This document shows positions 31,827 through 34,882 of a stretch of 34,882 bases of DNA, piece by piece (positions within the stretch are counted from its first letter, which is position 1; every line of letters starts with the position of its first letter). The translations under genes were made by a program, and so were the position numbers. The notes beneath the pieces are model-generated. The model did not search any database and was not told the origin of the DNA. It saw only the letters and a program-made list of their open reading frames with translations. This stretch comes from Solirubrobacterales bacterium (GTDB lineage: Bacteria; Actinomycetota; Thermoleophilia; Solirubrobacterales; Solirubrobacteraceae): the NCBI GenBank assembly GCA_026392325.1, contig JAPLCH010000237.1:1-34882 (forward strand), in the 5' to 3' direction.

Positions 31827-32390
31827 GTGAGACGAGCTCTCGGAATCGCCTCTGCTTTCCTTGCGTTGACTGCTGTTCCGGCCAGCGCTGCCACTCTGAC
31901 CTCAAACGGAGCACTGAGCCCATCGTTCTCGAGGGGACTTTCCAACTTCACGACAACCTGCAACGGCGGCTCGATGCGGCTGGGAATCTCCGTGCTGCGC
32001 AGCACGTCAGTGAAGGTCGGGACGGCTGCGGCTCTCAAGGGACCACGGACTGCAACCGTGAAACTCCAGCCTGGTAAACGGGTCATCGTTCAGGTCACCG
32101 AGGGCGGACGGACAAGTTCACACTCAATCCGCTGCGTGCCCAGCGACTTCCCAAGGTCTTCGGCAACCGGGATGCTCCCAGCTGATATCCCCATGCTCGC
32201 GATTAACGACATCTCATCGCGAACCCGCAGCAAGACTTCCAACACCTCCTACGCGATCATCGTTGACAGACATGGGGTGCCAATCTGGTGGCACAAGGAG
32301 AACCTCAGCCTTGTCAACTTCTTCGCCACGCCTGACGGCTCCCTCGCGATTGGACATGCCAGTGGGCCCCTGAAACTGCCAAGCCGGTGA
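31827..32390 (+). CDS. N-terminal part of an arylsulfotransferase-like (ASST / Arylsulfotran_2-type) secreted protein
   Basis: GTG start and signal peptide AFLALTAVPASA. A cadherin-like segment LSPSFSRGLSNFTTTC is followed by YAIIVDRHGVPIWW, which is typical of the start of the propeller. The ORF stops at a GTGA junction with the next ORF. Confidence 0.65.
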   Translation: MRRALGIASAFLALTAVPASAATLTSNGALSPSFSRGLSNFTTTCNGGSMRLGISVLRSTSVKVGTAAALKGPRTATVKLQPGKRVIVQVTEGGRTSSHSIRCVPSDFPRSSATGMLPADIPMLAINDISSRTRSKTSNTSYAIIVDRHGVPIWWHKENLSLVNFFATPDGSLAIGHASGPLKLPSR

Positions 32391-33229
32391 ACGGGGATGT
32401 TGATGGCCATGATGCTTCACCCACAGGAGCGGGGCGCTGGCTGATGGCTCTTCACACAACGCGAAGCAAGGTGGACCTGAGGCCGATCGGGCTGGCAGCG
32501 TCTGGAAAGACAATTGACTCGAGCATCCTCGAAGTTGACGCTCACGGAAAGACCCTCTGGTCATGGAGCTCGGCGCAACACTTCGCCACCTCGGAGAGCA
32601 TCCTTACCCAGGTGACAAAGTCAACCGCGGGCTCCATCGCAGACCTTGCCCATGTCAACTCATTTGAGGAGGATGGTCAGGGCGGGATTATCGCCTCGTT
32701 CCGCAACACAAGCGCCGTCTACCGGATCATCAAGGCGACAGGTGAGATTGATTGGAAACTGGGCGGATCAACAACTCCGAAAAGCCTTACGGTTCTCGGC
32801 GATCCGGGCATCTCAGCAGCATTCCACCTGCTGGGCCAGCATGATGCACGCCTTCAGGATGATGGGACTCTAACCCTGTTTGACAATGGTTCCACCGTCG
32901 TTCAGGGAGGCCAGCGCTACTCGCGTCAAGCCAGGGCACTACGAATCCGGATTGATCCGATTGCCCGAACTGCGACCTTCGTTGAGGCGGTCACGGACCC
33001 CACGATTGGGAGCAGCCCAGCCTGCGGCAGTGCTTGGCGGACAGCGGATGGTCACTGGCTGGTCGCGTGGGGAGCAAAGCCTTCGATTCGCGCGTACGAC
33101 AAGAGTGGGAAGGCCTACTTCTCGCTCTCGTACCTGGACCCACAGCGCTTCACCTACCGTGCGGCGCCAATTGAATCGCCGTCACTCACCGAGGCCGCTG
33201 TGGTGTCGGGGATGGACTACGTCAGATAG
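32387..33229 (+). CDS. C-terminal part of the arylsulfotransferase-like beta-propeller protein
   Basis: The segments DGHDA, IDSSILEVDAHGKTLWSWSSAQHF, LAHVNSF, LLGQHDARLQDDGTLTLFDNGS and DGHWLVAWG fit the ASST-like propeller pattern. Its reading frame is open upstream to 32336 and overlaps the end of the previous ORF. Confidence 0.7.
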   Translation: MNGDVDGHDASPTGAGRWLMALHTTRSKVDLRPIGLAASGKTIDSSILEVDAHGKTLWSWSSAQHFATSESILTQVTKSTAGSIADLAHVNSFEEDGQGGIIASFRNTSAVYRIIKATGEIDWKLGGSTTPKSLTVLGDPGISAAFHLLGQHDARLQDDGTLTLFDNGSTVVQGGQRYSRQARALRIRIDPIARTATFVEAVTDPTIGSSPACGSAWRTADGHWLVAWGAKPSIRAYDKSGKAYFSLSYLDPQRFTYRAAPIESPSLTEAAVVSGMDYVR

Positions 33230-34698
33230 GACTGACTCCCCGAGGTGCTGAACGTCAGCGTGCCGTCCTCCAACTGAAGAACTCGCAGGTTCTTTCTGTC
33301 ACGGCTGAGGTTCAGGTCTAGATTCCATGGCTCACGCTCCGCAGACTTGGGGAACAGATACTTGCCTCGCTCCACATAGTTGGAGGTGTAATCGCCAAAG
33401 GGGCGCGTGTCGAGTTCAGGATCACTGTTGACCGGGATGCAGGTGTCGTAGCCCCTGACTTGCATGTGCTCCAGCACTCGCTGGAAGTGCTCTGCGACAA
33501 CCTCCACGCGAAGCGTCCAGGCTACATGTGGATAAGGGAATGAGCACATCAGATTTGGTAGGTCGGTCATCATCATTCCCCGGTAAGTGACCGTCTCCGG
33601 CAGCTCTTGCACTTGGCCATCAACTGAGAACTCAACTCCGCCCAGTGCCAGCAGGTCCAGTCCCGTCGCGGTGACGACGATGTCGGCTGGAAGCTCCTCT
33701 CCCGACTTGAGGAGAATCCCATTCGCAGTGAAGTGGTCGATCTGATCTGTGACGACAGACGCTGTCCCCTTGCGAATGGCTCGGAACATGTCTCCGCCGG
33801 GGACAACACAGAGACGCTGATCCCACGGGTTGTACTTGGGGGTGAAGTGCTTGTCCACGTCGTAGCCCTCTGGGAGCTGCTTGGTGACGGTCTTGATGAT
33901 CCACTTTCGAACCAGATTTGGCCGTTTCTTGCTCATGTTCCAAACCATTTCCTGAGTGAAGATGCTCTTGCGTCGAGCAATCGCATAAACCCGATCCGGT
34001 GATAGGAACCTGCTGAAGAACATGACAACCGGGTCCCGCTTGGGCGTTGGGATGACATAGGTGGGCGAACGCTGCAACATGGTCACATGCTCCGCCGTGC
34101 CTGCCATTGACGGGATCAATGTGACGGCCGTTGCCCCACTCCCGATTACCACGACTCGCTTGCCCGAATAGTCAAGCTCCTGGGGCCAATTCTGCGGGTG
34201 AATAACCGTCCCAGCAAAGTCCTCGATCCCCGCAAATTTGGGAGTGTGGCCATGGTCATAGCGGAAGTACCCGGTCGCGCTGAAGATCCACCGTGCTGTC
34301 AAGGTCACCGACTCGCCCGTTGACGCATTCAATGCTTTGACAGTCCACATTGAGTTCTCAGATGACCAGTCGGCACTTGTAACGCTGTGGCCGAAACGGA
34401 TGTTGTCCGTCACCCCGAATCTGTCAGCTGTCTCCCCTAGATACCCGCGGATCGCTTCGCCTTCAGCGATGGCGACCGGGTCACGCCAAGGGTTGAACGA
34501 ATACCCGAATGTGTACATGTCCACATCGGAACGAATACCCGGATAGCGGAAGAGGTCCCATGTACCCCCCAGCTGTTCGCGCGATTCAAGAATTGCGTAG
34601 CTCTTGTCGGGAAGGTTGCGTTCCAGCTGGCACGCAACTCCGATTCCGGTTATCCCGGCGCCGATGATCAATACGTCAAGGTCGGGATTTTCACGCAT
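33217..34698 (-). CDS. FAD-dependent Baeyer-Villiger monooxygenase (EthA-like, type I BVMO)
   Basis: I trimmed the start to ATG 34698, which lies 11 nt after AAGGA. It has FAD-binding GAGITG, GGTWDLFRYPGIRSD, the BVMO fingerprint FAGTVIHPQNWP and a second Rossmann motif VVVIGSGATAV. Confidence 0.92.
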   Translation of the reverse strand: MRENPDLDVLIIGAGITGIGVACQLERNLPDKSYAILESREQLGGTWDLFRYPGIRSDVDMYTFGYSFNPWRDPVAIAEGEAIRGYLGETADRFGVTDNIRFGHSVTSADWSSENSMWTVKALNASTGESVTLTARWIFSATGYFRYDHGHTPKFAGIEDFAGTVIHPQNWPQELDYSGKRVVVIGSGATAVTLIPSMAGTAEHVTMLQRSPTYVIPTPKRDPVVMFFSRFLSPDRVYAIARRKSIFTQEMVWNMSKKRPNLVRKWIIKTVTKQLPEGYDVDKHFTPKYNPWDQRLCVVPGGDMFRAIRKGTASVVTDQIDHFTANGILLKSGEELPADIVVTATGLDLLALGGVEFSVDGQVQELPETVTYRGMMMTDLPNLMCSFPYPHVAWTLRVEVVAEHFQRVLEHMQVRGYDTCIPVNSDPELDTRPFGDYTSNYVERGKYLFPKSAEREPWNLDLNLSRDRKNLRVLQLEDGTLTFSTSGSQSYLT

Positions 34699-34794
34699 CG
34701 CCCCATTGTTCCTTACGCGACGGCAATCCGCGCGCAGCACAAGCAGAAGAAGTAAGCGACTGCCAGCCCGGCTGGGGTTCAGCGGCCTTGTTTG

Positions 34795-34881
34795 TCAGGC
34801 TGCGGCCAGCAGATGGTCCTCGACATTGCGATGTATTCGCTCGTCGAGGTCGTCAAGCTTTGACTCCCGGTAACCGGGATG
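34795..34881 (-). CDS. 3' end of an unidentified gene (5' end outside window)
   Basis: The minus-strand frame is open from the window edge and reads HPGYRESKLDDLDERIHRNVEDHLLAAA-stop (TGA at 34795-34797). A second minus frame is also open, ending at 34779, so the frame assignment is uncertain. Confidence 0.25.
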   Translation of the reverse strand, partial: HPGYRESKLDDLDERIHRNVEDHLLAAA

Positions 34882-34882
34882 G

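Noticed and set aside
1-34882. CRISPR arrays, IS elements, integrases, phage genes, rRNA/tRNA genes and known defence-system genes
   Set aside because: I found no regularly spaced repeats, no transposase- or integrase-like ORFs and no structured RNA genes while reading both strands. The only repeats longer than 20 bp that I noticed are the 83-bp pair around arsR-sulP.

Overview
High-GC, actinobacterium-like chromosomal window (mIHF-like gene, Mce and MMPL genes, many GTG/TTG starts, frequent 1-nt and 4-nt start/stop overlaps). Calls rest on reading the six-frame translations and the nucleotide sequence by eye; no database search was run. Left to right: (1) the tail of an ABC permease plus a short NMT1/SsuA-like lipoprotein; (2) a divergent pair of a large uncharacterised GNAT acyltransferase and an alpha-oxoamine synthase (SPT/KBL/BioF family); (3) an mIHF-like nucleoid protein; (4) the dominant feature, a ~16-kb run of 14 minus-strand genes (20587 down to 4380): yrbEA-yrbEB-mceG-like ATPase-mceABCDEF-MMPL-redoxin-like protein-three unknown proteins, nearly all translationally coupled; (5) a nitrogen island with amtB-glnK divergent from a type III glutamine synthetase, followed by a Kv-like K+ channel; (6) an accessory-looking stretch with an XRE regulator and an arsR-sulP cassette bracketed by 83-bp direct repeats that are 3' remnants of an XRE-type gene; (7) a secreted GH1 glycosidase, a split arylsulfotransferase-like beta-propeller gene and an EthA-like Baeyer-Villiger monooxygenase. 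I saw no rRNA, tRNA, CRISPR array, transposase or integrase. The best candidate for an undescribed system is the non-canonical Mce operon, which has an in-operon ATPase and carries an MMPL gene plus four extra genes where Mam/Mas genes normally sit, possibly together with the nearby GNAT/alpha-oxoamine-synthase lipid-like biosynthetic pair. This is an inference from gene order only.
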